Source: Occultella glacieicola (GTDB lineage: Bacteria; Actinomycetota; Actinomycetes; Actinomycetales; Beutenbergiaceae). From it: a stretch of DNA of 64,000 nucleotides. Positions 20,201-28,335 of this stretch are shown here, piece by piece (position 1 is the first letter of the stretch; each line of letters starts with the position of its first letter). The notes under the pieces were generated by a model, which saw nothing but the letters and a program-made list of their open reading frames with translations, ran no database searches and was not told where the DNA came from. The stretch covers positions 124,001 to 188,000 of the forward strand of contig NZ_SMNA01000004.1 of NCBI RefSeq assembly GCF_004353825.1, read 5' to 3'. The position numbers and the translations under genes are program-made.

Positions 20201-21177
20201 GCGGTCCCTCCCGGGTCCGCCGCGGCGGGTACGCCCGCTGTCCCCGCTGTCCCTGCCGGGGCCGCGCCGGCGACAGCGCCGAGCGCCTGGGCCTCCGCCG
20301 CCTCCTGACGCAGCTGCAGGCGTGCCTGCCCACGCAGCCGCTCCAGGACCGCGGGGCGGACCTTCGGGACCGGGCCGGTGCTCGCCGCGAGGTCGTCGAT
20401 CGTCGTGATGCCCGCGGCCCGCAGCGCGTTCCGGGTCCCGCTGCGCACGCCCCAGACCAGCTTCACGTCCCGGGCCGGCTCGAGCTCGGCCGAGCAGTAG
20501 TCGCACCACAGGCAGGCCCGGTACCGCTCGTCGCCCCATACGACCGGGCCGTCGTCGAGGAGGTGCTCGTCCAACAGGCGCTGGACCTGCTCGCGCCGTT
20601 CGCGGAAGACCGCGACGCCGTCGGCAGTGGAGTGCGACGTCACGACGTCGTCGCCGAGGTGCAGGTGGGTGTGTTCGGCCACGTCGATCCCGGCCCGGAG
20701 CACCTGGTCGGCGTAGGCAGCCAACTGGATGACGGCGGGGGCCTTCGCTGTCCTGGTCAGCTTCGCGTCCACGACGGCGTACCTCGGCCGCCCGTCGACG
20801 TCGCCGTCGCGGACCAGGAAGTCCGCGCGCCCATGGAAGCGCCCGTCGAAGAAGCCGGCCTGGGCCACCACGTCCGTCCCCGCGTGCAGCGCCGCGACCG
20901 TGCGCGCGTGCTGCTCCTCGAGGCCCGGCCTGGTGTAGGCGGTCGGCGGTCCGATCTCGACGACCCCCGCACCGAACCGGCGCCGGTACTGCTCGAGGAC
21001 CCGCTCCTCGTGCTCGTTGCCGAGGCGGGCGGCGCGGTCGAGGAACGCGTTCTCGACCTCGAGCTTCGGGACCCGCCCGAGTCGCTCGTCGAGTTTGCGC
21101 AACGCGGCGAACTCGCAGCCGACGGCGGTCGAGAGGTCGCTGGCGGAGTAGACGAGCAGATCGTCGAGCAGGAACAT
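17227..21177 (-). CDS. TM0106-family RecB-like nuclease / RNase H-like / SF1 helicase fusion
   Basis: N-terminal SASDL and GRADFL...DAK PD-(D/E)xK motif, DFEGDP, LEYLFG, SYSLKKLEPLY, YNRYDC, Walker A QGPPGTGKT, DEAGQ, GDPQQL, TVDKFQGQE, NRLNVAISR. AGGAGG SD. Confidence 0.92.
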   Translation of the reverse strand: MFLLDDLLVYSASDLSTAVGCEFAALRKLDERLGRVPKLEVENAFLDRAARLGNEHEERVLEQYRRRFGAGVVEIGPPTAYTRPGLEEQHARTVAALHAGTDVVAQAGFFDGRFHGRADFLVRDGDVDGRPRYAVVDAKLTRTAKAPAVIQLAAYADQVLRAGIDVAEHTHLHLGDDVVTSHSTADGVAVFRERREQVQRLLDEHLLDDGPVVWGDERYRACLWCDYCSAELEPARDVKLVWGVRSGTRNALRAAGITTIDDLAASTGPVPKVRPAVLERLRGQARLQLRQEAAEAQALGAVAGAAPAGTAGTAGVPAAADPGGTAAPAGGANPAAVAPGPAAATPSGAAAPTVFSEVHTVAALDALPIPDAGDVFFDFEGDPMWVDDDRTEWGLEYLFGLVEAGPEQRYVTFWAHDRAQEAQALRGFLAYVARRRAAHPRMHIYHYAAYEQSALRTLARRHGFGTEEVDSLIADGVLVDLYKSVKDGVRVSQRSYSLKKLEPLYMGTELRDASGVTSGGDSVVAYERATALRDAGDGAGYAERLAELAEYNRYDCISTLRLRDWLLEQRDRAHADQREAAGGDLDATRAGATATLETTPTGVVPPPASPASAAEPEEAPAQALARRLLRGPADTAAPLLAAALDYHRREDEPFWRAHFARLDEPRADVQDTRDVLDVHHARVVKDWSAPEDRRPTRILELTGALGTGSIVGAGAEVFCVYHPPVPDGLRVPEGHVRATAGARVLSRSENADGDDVLVVSEWLGRDVAEHRSLPVLLAPGAPPSAASLRAAIELVAEAVADTADGNTGDAKPGVGSGPLPAQAALDILRRLPPRQRRGASLPHVGVAAPAHGPTTSVDAPTRSDGGRDDGEHDRVGASVLEGEHLDHGHVGALTDALLDAEDSYIAVQGPPGTGKTYLGTRVIADLVLRFGWRVGVVAQSHAVVEHVLRGVVEAGVPGEQVGKRGGSVKATIPTDFRPAVEHDPDAPVWVPLDTYQHQDFLEHLGSAGAVIGGTAWDFANRHRFAVGDLDLLVVDEAGQFSLANTIAVATAARRLLLLGDPQQLPQVSQGMHDAPVDQSALGWLTDGHPTLPADRGYFLDRTWRLHPDLCEAVSTLSYDHRLHSHPRTARRHLDGLDPGVHVVRVSHRGNVVDSPEESAEVVAQIQSLLGKHWTDPAEAANTADTAEAAVTRPLAPSDILVVAAYNAQVQRIRHDLAEAGLDAVRVGTVDKFQGQEAAVVLLSLAASGADDAPRGLGFVLSRNRLNVAISRGKWAAIVVRAQDLTRHLPWNPDELSDLGAFIRLCSDARERRSRRH

Positions 21178-21236
21178 GCGCCCGCCTCCTTCCGGTTCTC
21201 GGCCACGACCGGGTCTGGCCCGGTCCGGCTCCGGTG

Positions 21237-21258
21237 AGGCTATCGCGGCCCTCCGACA
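21237..21258 (-). promoter_or_regulatory. RecA-NDp / PafBC-type DNA-damage promoter for the TM0106 gene
   Basis: Minus strand reads TGTCGG-AGGGCCGCGA-TA-GCC-T, an exact TGTCGG-N10-TA-N3-T, about 60 nt upstream of the ATG. Confidence 0.75.
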
Positions 21259-22000
21259 TCGCCGCGCCGGTCGTGGACGTGCCGGCCGTCGCGGCAGGAC
21301 ACCTCTCCGACAGCACCTCGGCGAGCGCTCCGAACTCGGCCCCGCTGACGCCGAGCCCGTAGGCGGACTTCACCCGGATCTGCTGCACCGCATAGGCGCA
21401 ATGGAATCCGACGTTCGGTGGGAGCCAGTCCGCGGCGTCGTCGGCGCCCTTGTCCTGGTTGACCGGACCGTCGACGGCGATCAGGTTGCCGGGGTCGTTC
21501 GCGAACGCGAGCGCGCGCTCGGCCGGCCAGCCCGCGGCGCCCTTGCGCCAGGCGTCGGCGAGGGCGACGACATGGTCGACCTGCACCTCGGCGCTCGTGC
21601 TCGGGCCGCGCACGAAGGGCACGAGGTGACCGGAATACGGGTCGGCGAGAGTGCCCGACACGACGAGGCATGGCTTCAGGGGGTCGGTGACGACGTCCAG
21701 GAGCCAGATCGCGAGGACGTCGTTACGGGTGTCGCAGCCGTTCCGGTCGACGTCCGCCCAGGGCTCCCCGAAGGACTCACGCTCGTACCCGGTCAGGTCG
21801 AGCGGCTCCACCACCGTCAGCTCCGCCAGGTCCGTCCGCGCGGTGGCGACCAGGTCGGCCGACACCGGATACGGCGGTGGCCCCCGCACGAGCTCCCACC
21901 ACTGCGGCACCACGAGCACCAGCGCGACGGCCAGCAGCGTCGCGACCGCGACAGTCACGACCGGCCGCGCCCGCGCGGCCTCCTCAGGTTCGTCAAGCAT
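21240..22000 (-). CDS. Membrane-anchored DUF1524/HNH-type nuclease with no stop codon at the expected place (frame runs on to 19928)
   Basis: N-terminal TM, GYERESFG, DRNGCDTRNDVL, DPYSG, QVDHVVALADAW, FANDPGNL, NQDKG, WLPPN...C. The recognisable domain ends near 21295. The 3' end given is approximate. Confidence 0.8.
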
Positions 22001-22071
22001 GAGGCGAGCCTGCCTGCCCGGGGCGACGCTCCGCCGTCGGGCGTCCTGTCCTGTGGACCGCCGGGCATCGT

Positions 22072-22310
22072 GGGCCGGCTCGTGATCGCCGCCCCTCCGG
22101 CAGGCGCCCGCGAGCCCGGCCCGTCCGGGGCCCTCTGGGCGGACGCCGGGCGGGTTCATCCCCCCGGAGTTACCCAGGCCCGGCGTCCGCAGCGCCTCGA
22201 TGGGGCGCGAGGGTCGTCAGGCGTGGGATCCCACACCTGAGGACCAGCACACGTTCGCCGTTCGATCTGAACCGCTGGTGCGGGTCGGGTGAACGGTGGG
22301 TTAACCACCG
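22072..22310 (+). ncRNA. Candidate structured RNA (6C-like tandem hairpins with C-rich loops)
   Basis: Hairpin 22072-22122 with CCCCTCC at the apex. Hairpin 22139-22190 with a perfect 13-bp basal stem and an ATCCCCCC loop. Further hairpins extend to 22310. Confidence 0.4.
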
Positions 22311-22402
22311 ATGAAGGTCCGGGGCGAATCGTCGCCGGGCCCTCGTGCTCGGCGTCTCAGCCGTGCTGGAATGGCAGGTCCCGCGCCCGCGAGCCGATCG
22401 GA

Positions 22403-22801
22403 TCAGGCCGGGGCCGGCTCCGTGACGAGCGGGTACACACCGTGCTCGTCGTGGACCTCGCGCCCGGTCACCGGCGGGTTGAACACGCACACGGTGCGCA
22501 TCTGGGTCCGGGGCCGGACCTGGTGCTTGTCGTGGTCGTTGAGAAGGTAGAGCGAGCCCGGGGCGAGCTGGTGGGTCTCGCCGGTCGCCAGGTCGGTGAT
22601 CTCACCCTCGCCCTCGACGATGAACACGGCCTCGATGTGGTTGGCGTACCAGAAGTCGTTCACCGTGCCGGCGTACAGCGTGGTCTCGTGGACGGAGAAG
22701 CCGACGCCCTCCTTCGCCAGGATGATGCGCTTGCTGCGCCAGTTCTCGGTCTTGATGTCGGCGTCGGTGTCGGTGACCTCGGCGATCGTGCGGACGAGCA
22801 T
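22403..22801 (-). CDS. ectC: L-ectoine synthase
   Basis: [44 protein letters not shown]. Confidence 0.97.
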   Translation of the reverse strand: MLVRTIAEVTDTDADIKTENWRSKRIILAKEGVGFSVHETTLYAGTVNDFWYANHIEAVFIVEGEGEITDLATGETHQLAPGSLYLLNDHDKHQVRPRTQMRTVCVFNPPVTGREVHDEHGVYPLVTEPAPA

Positions 22802-22872
22802 GGGGTGACTCCAGTCGGTAGGGGAATCGGTTCGGGGACGGTACGGGGAATGGACGTGCGGGACCCGCGGGC

Positions 22873-24141
22873 TCAGGCTCGGCCGAGCACCGCATCCACG
22901 GACTCGTCGATGATCCTCAGACCACGGTTCAGCTCTTCGTCGGTGAGCGTCAGCGGCGGCAGGATCTTCATGACCTCGTCCTCCGGGCCGGAAGTCTCCA
23001 TGAGCAGGCCGCGCCGGTAGGCCTCCGCGCACACCTCGCCGGCGAGCTCGGCGGTGCCGAACTGCAGGCCGCGGGCCAGGCCCCGGCCCTTGCTGATCAG
23101 ATCGTGCTCGGGGTACTTGGCGACGAGCTGGTTGAACCGGCTCTCCACATAGGCGCCCTTGGTCTGGGTGGACTTCTCGAGGGCGTCGTCCGACCAGAAC
23201 GTGCGGATCGCCTCGGCGGCCGTCGCGAACGCCGGGCTGAAACCCCGGAACGTGCCGTTGTGCTCGCCCGGTTCCCAGATGTCGAGCTCGGGCCGAACCA
23301 GGGTGAGGGCCATCGGCATCCCGTAGCCGCTGATGGACTTGGACAGGCAGATGATGTCCGGGACGATGCCTGCCTCCTCGAAGCTGAAGAAGCCCCCGGT
23401 GCGGCCGCATCCCATCTGGATGTCGTCGAGGATCAGCAGGATCCCGTGCTTCTTGCACAGGACGGCCAGGGCACGCAGCCACTCCGCACGGGCGGCGTTG
23501 ATGCCGCCCTCACCCTGCACGGACTCCACGATCACGGCGGCCGGGTGGTTCAGGCCGCTGCCGGAGTCCTCGAGGAGCCGCTCGAAGTACATGAAGTCAG
23601 GCACGTCGCCGTCGAAATAGTCGTCGTAGGGCATCGGGGTCGCGTGCACCAGGGGCACCCCGGCGCCGCCGCGCTTGAGGGAGTTCCCGGTCACCGAGAG
23701 GGCACCGAGCGTCATGCCGTGGAAGGCGTTGGTGAAGTTGACGACCGACTCGCGGCCCGTCACCTTGCGGGCGAGCTTGAGCGCCGCCTCCACCGCGTTC
23801 GCCCCACCGGGGCCGGGGAAGACCACGCGGTGGTCGAGTCCGCGGGGCTGCAGGATCAGCTCGGAGAACGTCTGCAGGAAGTCCCCGCGCGCGGTCGTGA
23901 ACATATCGAGGGAATGCACCAGTTGATCGCTCTGGAAATAGTCGAGGACGACTTCCTTGAGCCGCGGGTGATTGTGCCCGTAGTTCAGCGATCCGGCCCC
24001 GGCGAAGAAGTCGAGGTACTCGGTACCGTCCTCGGCCCAGATCGTGCTACCGACGGCTCGCGAGAACACCGCCGGCCAGTTCCGTGAATAGCTCCGCACA
24101 CCGGATTCGAGGGCGACGGTGTCGATCGTGGGGGCAGTCAT
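22873..24141 (-). CDS. ectB: Diaminobutyrate--2-oxoglutarate transaminase
   Basis: [64 protein letters not shown] before ATG 24141. Confidence 0.97.
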   Translation of the reverse strand: MTAPTIDTVALESGVRSYSRNWPAVFSRAVGSTIWAEDGTEYLDFFAGAGSLNYGHNHPRLKEVVLDYFQSDQLVHSLDMFTTARGDFLQTFSELILQPRGLDHRVVFPGPGGANAVEAALKLARKVTGRESVVNFTNAFHGMTLGALSVTGNSLKRGGAGVPLVHATPMPYDDYFDGDVPDFMYFERLLEDSGSGLNHPAAVIVESVQGEGGINAARAEWLRALAVLCKKHGILLILDDIQMGCGRTGGFFSFEEAGIVPDIICLSKSISGYGMPMALTLVRPELDIWEPGEHNGTFRGFSPAFATAAEAIRTFWSDDALEKSTQTKGAYVESRFNQLVAKYPEHDLISKGRGLARGLQFGTAELAGEVCAEAYRRGLLMETSGPEDEVMKILPPLTLTDEELNRGLRIIDESVDAVLGRA

Positions 24142-24223
24142 GTGAATTCCTTCTTCGATTCGGTCGAATGGGGACGTGGCAGGGTCGACCTCGGACATGG
24201 CGGCAACCCCGGCCGGTGGTGCG

Positions 24224-24898
24224 TCAGCGGCCGAGGCCGCTGATGGTCAGGAGCGGCTCCGCGTCGTGCGAGTCCGGGAAGTCGTCCGCCGCGAACAGCG
24301 GCGACTCGGCCAGGTCGGCACCGTGGCGGTCGGCGAACTTGCCGAAGAGCCGGCGCGACGAGGCGTTCGACTCGGTCACAGTGGTCTCCACCGTGGTGAC
24401 GTCCGGGAGGTCCCGGACCAGGCCGTCGAGCAGGAGGCCGGCGATGTTTCGGCCACGGAACGCCGGATCCACGGCGATCTGCCACACGAACAAGGTGGCC
24501 GCCGACTCCGGCCGCCGGTACCCGATGACGAACCCGACCGGTTCGTCGTCGATCGTGGCGACCCGGCAGGTGTCGGCGAAGTCGCGTGCCAGGAGTGCGT
24601 AGGCGTATGGCGTGTTCACGTCGAGTTCCCCGCTGTCGCGGGCGAGCCGCCACATCTGGGCGCCGTCCGACAGCACCGGACAGCGCACCGTCGGGGCGGC
24701 AGAAGAAGCGTGTCGAACGACCGGGGCCGGGGCGTGCGCGGTCCCGGCGGATTCGTCCTCGTCGGGGGTGTCGAAGAGGTCGCGGGGAGGACTCGAATCG
24801 CCATTCTTCGACGCTGGATTCGGGCTCGTCCGGGACGCGGTCGGGAACGCTTCAGTTTGGTGGCGGCGGGCGTGGGAATTCTCTGTGGACGTCGGCAT
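24224..24898 (-). CDS. ectA: Diaminobutyrate acetyltransferase
   Basis: DGAQMWRLA, LDVNTPYAY, RDFADTC, LFVWQIAV, ETTVTESNASS, FPDSHDAE. Start uncertain because of a long polar N-terminal extension. Confidence 0.9.
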   Translation of the reverse strand: MPTSTENSHARRHQTEAFPTASRTSPNPASKNGDSSPPRDLFDTPDEDESAGTAHAPAPVVRHASSAAPTVRCPVLSDGAQMWRLARDSGELDVNTPYAYALLARDFADTCRVATIDDEPVGFVIGYRRPESAATLFVWQIAVDPAFRGRNIAGLLLDGLVRDLPDVTTVETTVTESNASSRRLFGKFADRHGADLAESPLFAADDFPDSHDAEPLLTISGLGR

Positions 24899-25148
24899 AC
24901 CGGTGTCCACAGTAGGCGGATCGAGGGGGTGGGTGAAGTGACCGCGGGCACGATCCGCGCTGATTCCCACCGCGACGGATCCGCGCTCAGCCCTCGGACC
25001 ATGCGGCAAACTCCCGATCGGCGACACGCGCGAAACTGCCGTGAAATTGCGTCCGCATGGTGAGATGGTCGTGAGGGTGCCTCACTACGCGCCGACGGCG
25101 CCCTTGGTGCCTCGGAGGCGTCGGCACCTCGCGTGGCCGTCCCCCGCG

Positions 25149-25211
25149 CGGGAATCGTGCCGTGCGCCCCGGGAATCGCGCCGTGCGCCCCGCGCGAGGA
25201 ATAGTGGCGTG
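25149..25211. repeat. Intergenic 21-nt tandem repeat (two near-perfect copies and one degenerate copy)
   Basis: GGGAATCG(T/C)GCCGTGCGCCCC twice, then GGAATAGTGGCGTG. Confidence 0.6.
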
Positions 25212-25382
25212 CGTCGCACGCGGGAGGCTCGACCGGCTCGCCCGGGCAGGGGCTCGCCTCGCGCGGGGGGTCTCGCCCGCCTCGTGCGGGCCGAGGGTCG
25301 CCTCGCATGGGGCTCGCCCAGGCCCGCCTCGTGTGAGGCATGCCATAGGCGCCGTCCGTGCGCAACTGGAAGACTCACGCCC

Positions 25383-26474
25383 ATGTCGACCGCAGCCTCC
25401 GCCACCGGAGCACCTCCGCCGTCGCCCGCCGACGTTCGCCGCTGGCGCCGCTACCTCGCCGAGGAGCGCGCGGAGGCGGCGCTCTACACCCGGCTCGCGT
25501 CGAAGCGGCAGGGCGAGGAGCGCGCGATCCTGCTGGAGTTGGCGGATGCGGAGGGCCGGCACGCGGCGCACTGGGTGGACCTGCTCGGCGAGGAAGCCGG
25601 CCGGCCGTTGCGCCCGTCGGTGCGCTCCCGGCTGCTGATCTGGCTGGCCGGCCGGTTCGGCTCCGTGTTCGTCCTGGCGCTCGCCCAGCGCGCGGAGGCT
25701 CGGTCGGCGTACGGCGACGATGAGCACGCGACGGCCGCGATGGCGGCGGACGAACGGATCCACGAGGAGGTCGTACGGTCGCTCGCGGAGCGCGGCCGGG
25801 CGCGGATGTCCGGGACGTTCCGGGCGGCCGTCTTCGGGATGAACGACGGCCTCGTCTCGAACCTCGCGTTGGTTCTCGGGATCGGTGCGTCCGGGGTCGG
25901 CAACGCCACGATCCTGCTCACCGGCATCGCCGGGCTCCTGGCCGGCGCGCTCTCGATGGGGGCCGGCGAGTTCGTCTCGGTGCGGTCCCAACGGGAGCTG
26001 TTGGAGGCGTCCAACCCGAGTCCCACGGCGCACACCGCGCTCCCGGACCTCGACGTGAACGCGAACGAGCTCGCGCTGGTCTACCGGGCGCGTGGGATGC
26101 CCGAGGACGAGGCACGATCGAAGGCCGAGGAGCGGATCGCGACCTACTCGGGCGAACGGTCCCCGGACCGGGCGGAGGTCCGCAGCCACGAGGAGATCGG
26201 CTCGGCCTGGGGGGCGGCCATCTCCAGTTTCTGCTTCTTCGCCTCCGGAGCGATCATCCCGGTGCTGCCGTACCTGCTCGGGCTTGGCGGGCTGGTCGCC
26301 GTCGCGGTCGCGGCCGGACTGGTCGGGATCGCCCTGCTGCTGACCGGCGCCACCGTGGGGATCCTGTCCGGGGCGGCTCCGCTGAGCCGGGCCCTGCGGC
26401 AGCTCGCGATCGGTTGGGGAGCCGCCGCCGCGACCTACGTCCTCGGGCTGCTGTTCGGGACGACGCTCGCCTGA
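25383..26474 (+). CDS. VIT1/CCC1-family transporter with an N-terminal ferritin/rubrerythrin-like domain
   Basis: ExxH motifs (EGRH, ERIH), AVFGMNDGLVSNL, GALSMGAGE, and C-terminal TM helices. Confidence 0.9.
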   Translation: MSTAASATGAPPPSPADVRRWRRYLAEERAEAALYTRLASKRQGEERAILLELADAEGRHAAHWVDLLGEEAGRPLRPSVRSRLLIWLAGRFGSVFVLALAQRAEARSAYGDDEHATAAMAADERIHEEVVRSLAERGRARMSGTFRAAVFGMNDGLVSNLALVLGIGASGVGNATILLTGIAGLLAGALSMGAGEFVSVRSQRELLEASNPSPTAHTALPDLDVNANELALVYRARGMPEDEARSKAEERIATYSGERSPDRAEVRSHEEIGSAWGAAISSFCFFASGAIIPVLPYLLGLGGLVAVAVAAGLVGIALLLTGATVGILSGAAPLSRALRQLAIGWGAAAATYVLGLLFGTTLA

Positions 26475-26571
26475 GGCGCAGGAGGCCGCGGCGCACGGGC
26501 GGGGAACATCGTCGTGCGCTCCGTGCCGCGAACCATCGGCGCCACCGCACGCCACGGCGGTAGGTTCACGC

Positions 26572-27555
26572 ATGGGGATGAGGGGTCGTCTCGCGGTGCT
26601 CGCCATTGCGGGCTCGATGCTGACCGGATGCCTGGGCGCGGAGGGGGATCCGGGCCCGAGTTCATCGGTCACCGAGGACCATGGCGACGGCACCACCGGC
26701 GCACCGCAGTCGCCGACTCCGGACGGAACCCCGTCCGCCGCGTCGGCCGCTCCGGTCACCGCGGACCCGGCCACCGGCCGGTGCAGCGACCCGATCGCCA
26801 CGGTGCCGACGGGTGCCGTGGGTGCGGCACCGATCCAGCTCGAGGTCACCGGCCTCGTCGCGGTGGACGACCAGGGGGCGCGGCGCTGGGCGGACGTGGT
26901 CGTCTACGCGGACGGGAGTGCTGCCCGCTACGACGGAGGCTTCGCCGACCCATGGGCGTACGCGCCGCAGCGGCAGCTGGCCACAGTTCCGGCCGACCAC
27001 GGGGATCGCGGAGCGGAGGCACTTGTCGGCGGCTATCTCGACTGTGACCTCGCCGGCCTGCTCGCCGCGATCGAGTTGCTCGAGCGGGACCAGGCCCGGT
27101 TCGGCGGCGCACAAGTAGCGGAGGCCTCCGACACCGAGATGATCCTCCACGGCCAGGACGGCACCGAGGAGTTCGTCTGGGACGTCCATGGGCTCGGGCT
27201 CGAACGGGACGACGCCGGCGTGGTCGTCGCCGGTCTCGATGCCGAGCAGCTCGCGGCCCGCGACGCCCTGTCGGCGTTCGCGGCGATGCTGATCAGCTCG
27301 GTCGTGGACGCCAGGGACCTACCCGTCGACCGGATCGAGGTCCTGGCCCCGTACGCGATCACGGACGAGGCGGTGACGTGGCCTGCTCCCCCGATCACGG
27401 AGGTCCTCCACGACGGGTGCGGGGTGGTCGAGGGTGCCGCCGCCACGGCGCTCCGGGACCAGGTCCAGGCCGGGACACCGATCGCCGATCCGGCCGTCGG
27501 CGTGTACCTGAGGGTGCTCGCACCGCAGGTGGAGCCCTGCATCGTGCACCAGTGA
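26572..27555 (+). CDS. Putative lipoprotein of unknown function
   Basis: Signal peptide with lipobox LTGC, a Ser/Thr/Pro linker and an acidic globular domain. Confidence 0.75.
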   Translation: MGMRGRLAVLAIAGSMLTGCLGAEGDPGPSSSVTEDHGDGTTGAPQSPTPDGTPSAASAAPVTADPATGRCSDPIATVPTGAVGAAPIQLEVTGLVAVDDQGARRWADVVVYADGSAARYDGGFADPWAYAPQRQLATVPADHGDRGAEALVGGYLDCDLAGLLAAIELLERDQARFGGAQVAEASDTEMILHGQDGTEEFVWDVHGLGLERDDAGVVVAGLDAEQLAARDALSAFAAMLISSVVDARDLPVDRIEVLAPYAITDEAVTWPAPPITEVLHDGCGVVEGAAATALRDQVQAGTPIADPAVGVYLRVLAPQVEPCIVHQ

Positions 27556-27580
27556 CGGGCGTGCTTGGCGCCGGGCCGCG

Positions 27581-27856
27581 TCAGCGGGTCCGGTGTGTCT
27601 CGAGCGTCGCCCGTACCTCGCGCAGCAGTGCATCCACCCCGGCCTGGTCATAGCCCTGCCGAAACGACGTGGTGCTGAACCGCTTGGCCGCAACCTCGTC
27701 CGGCCGCAGGGTCCCGGTGCCGCGCTGGCCGGTCTCAGCCTGGCGCAGGCCGGCGACGATCTCGTCGAGGAAGTCGTCCACCTCGTCCTGGTCGTAGCCG
27801 GGCCGGAACCGGGTCGTCTGGAATCGAGCGTTGAGGACTTGGTCCGCGGTGATCAA
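27581..27856 (-). CDS. DivIVA-domain protein (two tandem DivIVA motifs)
   Basis: RFQTTRFRPGYDQDEVDDFLD and RFSTTSFRQGYDQAGVDALL. GGAGG SD with a TTG start. Confidence 0.85.
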   Translation of the reverse strand: MITADQVLNARFQTTRFRPGYDQDEVDDFLDEIVAGLRQAETGQRGTGTLRPDEVAAKRFSTTSFRQGYDQAGVDALLREVRATLETHRTR

Positions 27857-28002
27857 TGCATCCTCCGATGGGTCCGTCGATCCCGGGAGCGCAGCCGGGG
27901 CCGGCGCCAGCGTACTGGGACGACCTCGTGCCTTTCCGAGCGGTGTGGGGGACACTGGGAGTGGTGGTGAGAGCCGCCACCACACCGGCGTGGGAGGTCG
28001 TC

Positions 28003-28218
28003 ATGAAGGCGGCAGTGGGAGACAGGGTCGTCGTCGCGTCGTCACACACCGACGTGGCCGCACGGGAGGGCGAGGTGATCGAGGTCGCCGCGTCGGACGG
28101 TAGCCCGCCATGGCGGGTGCGCTGGACGGATGACGGGCATGAGTCCCTGTTCTGTCCCGGGCCGGACGTGTACGTCGAACGACAGGTGGAGCGATTCGAG
28201 GTGCTTCTCGGCGAGTAG
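28003..28218 (+). CDS. DUF1918-family protein
   Basis: MKAAVGDRVVV...REGEVIEV...DGSPPWRVRW.DDGHESLFCPGPD. GGAGG SD. Confidence 0.88.
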   Translation: MKAAVGDRVVVASSHTDVAAREGEVIEVAASDGSPPWRVRWTDDGHESLFCPGPDVYVERQVERFEVLLGE

Positions 28219-28335
28219 GACACAGGCACATGCCCGACGGCGGTGGTCGCCCGGGTCCGTCGGTGTCGGTGTCGGGCCGGTCGCGGCCGGGGACGTTCCT
28301 GCGTTCGGCACGGGTTGACGACGGTGGTCGCCGGC

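Noticed and set aside
17227..22000. DUF1524 plus TM0106 as a two-gene anti-phage system
   Set aside because: The DUF1524 protein is the membrane-anchored exported type and TM0106 has its own promoter. Adjacency alone is not enough.
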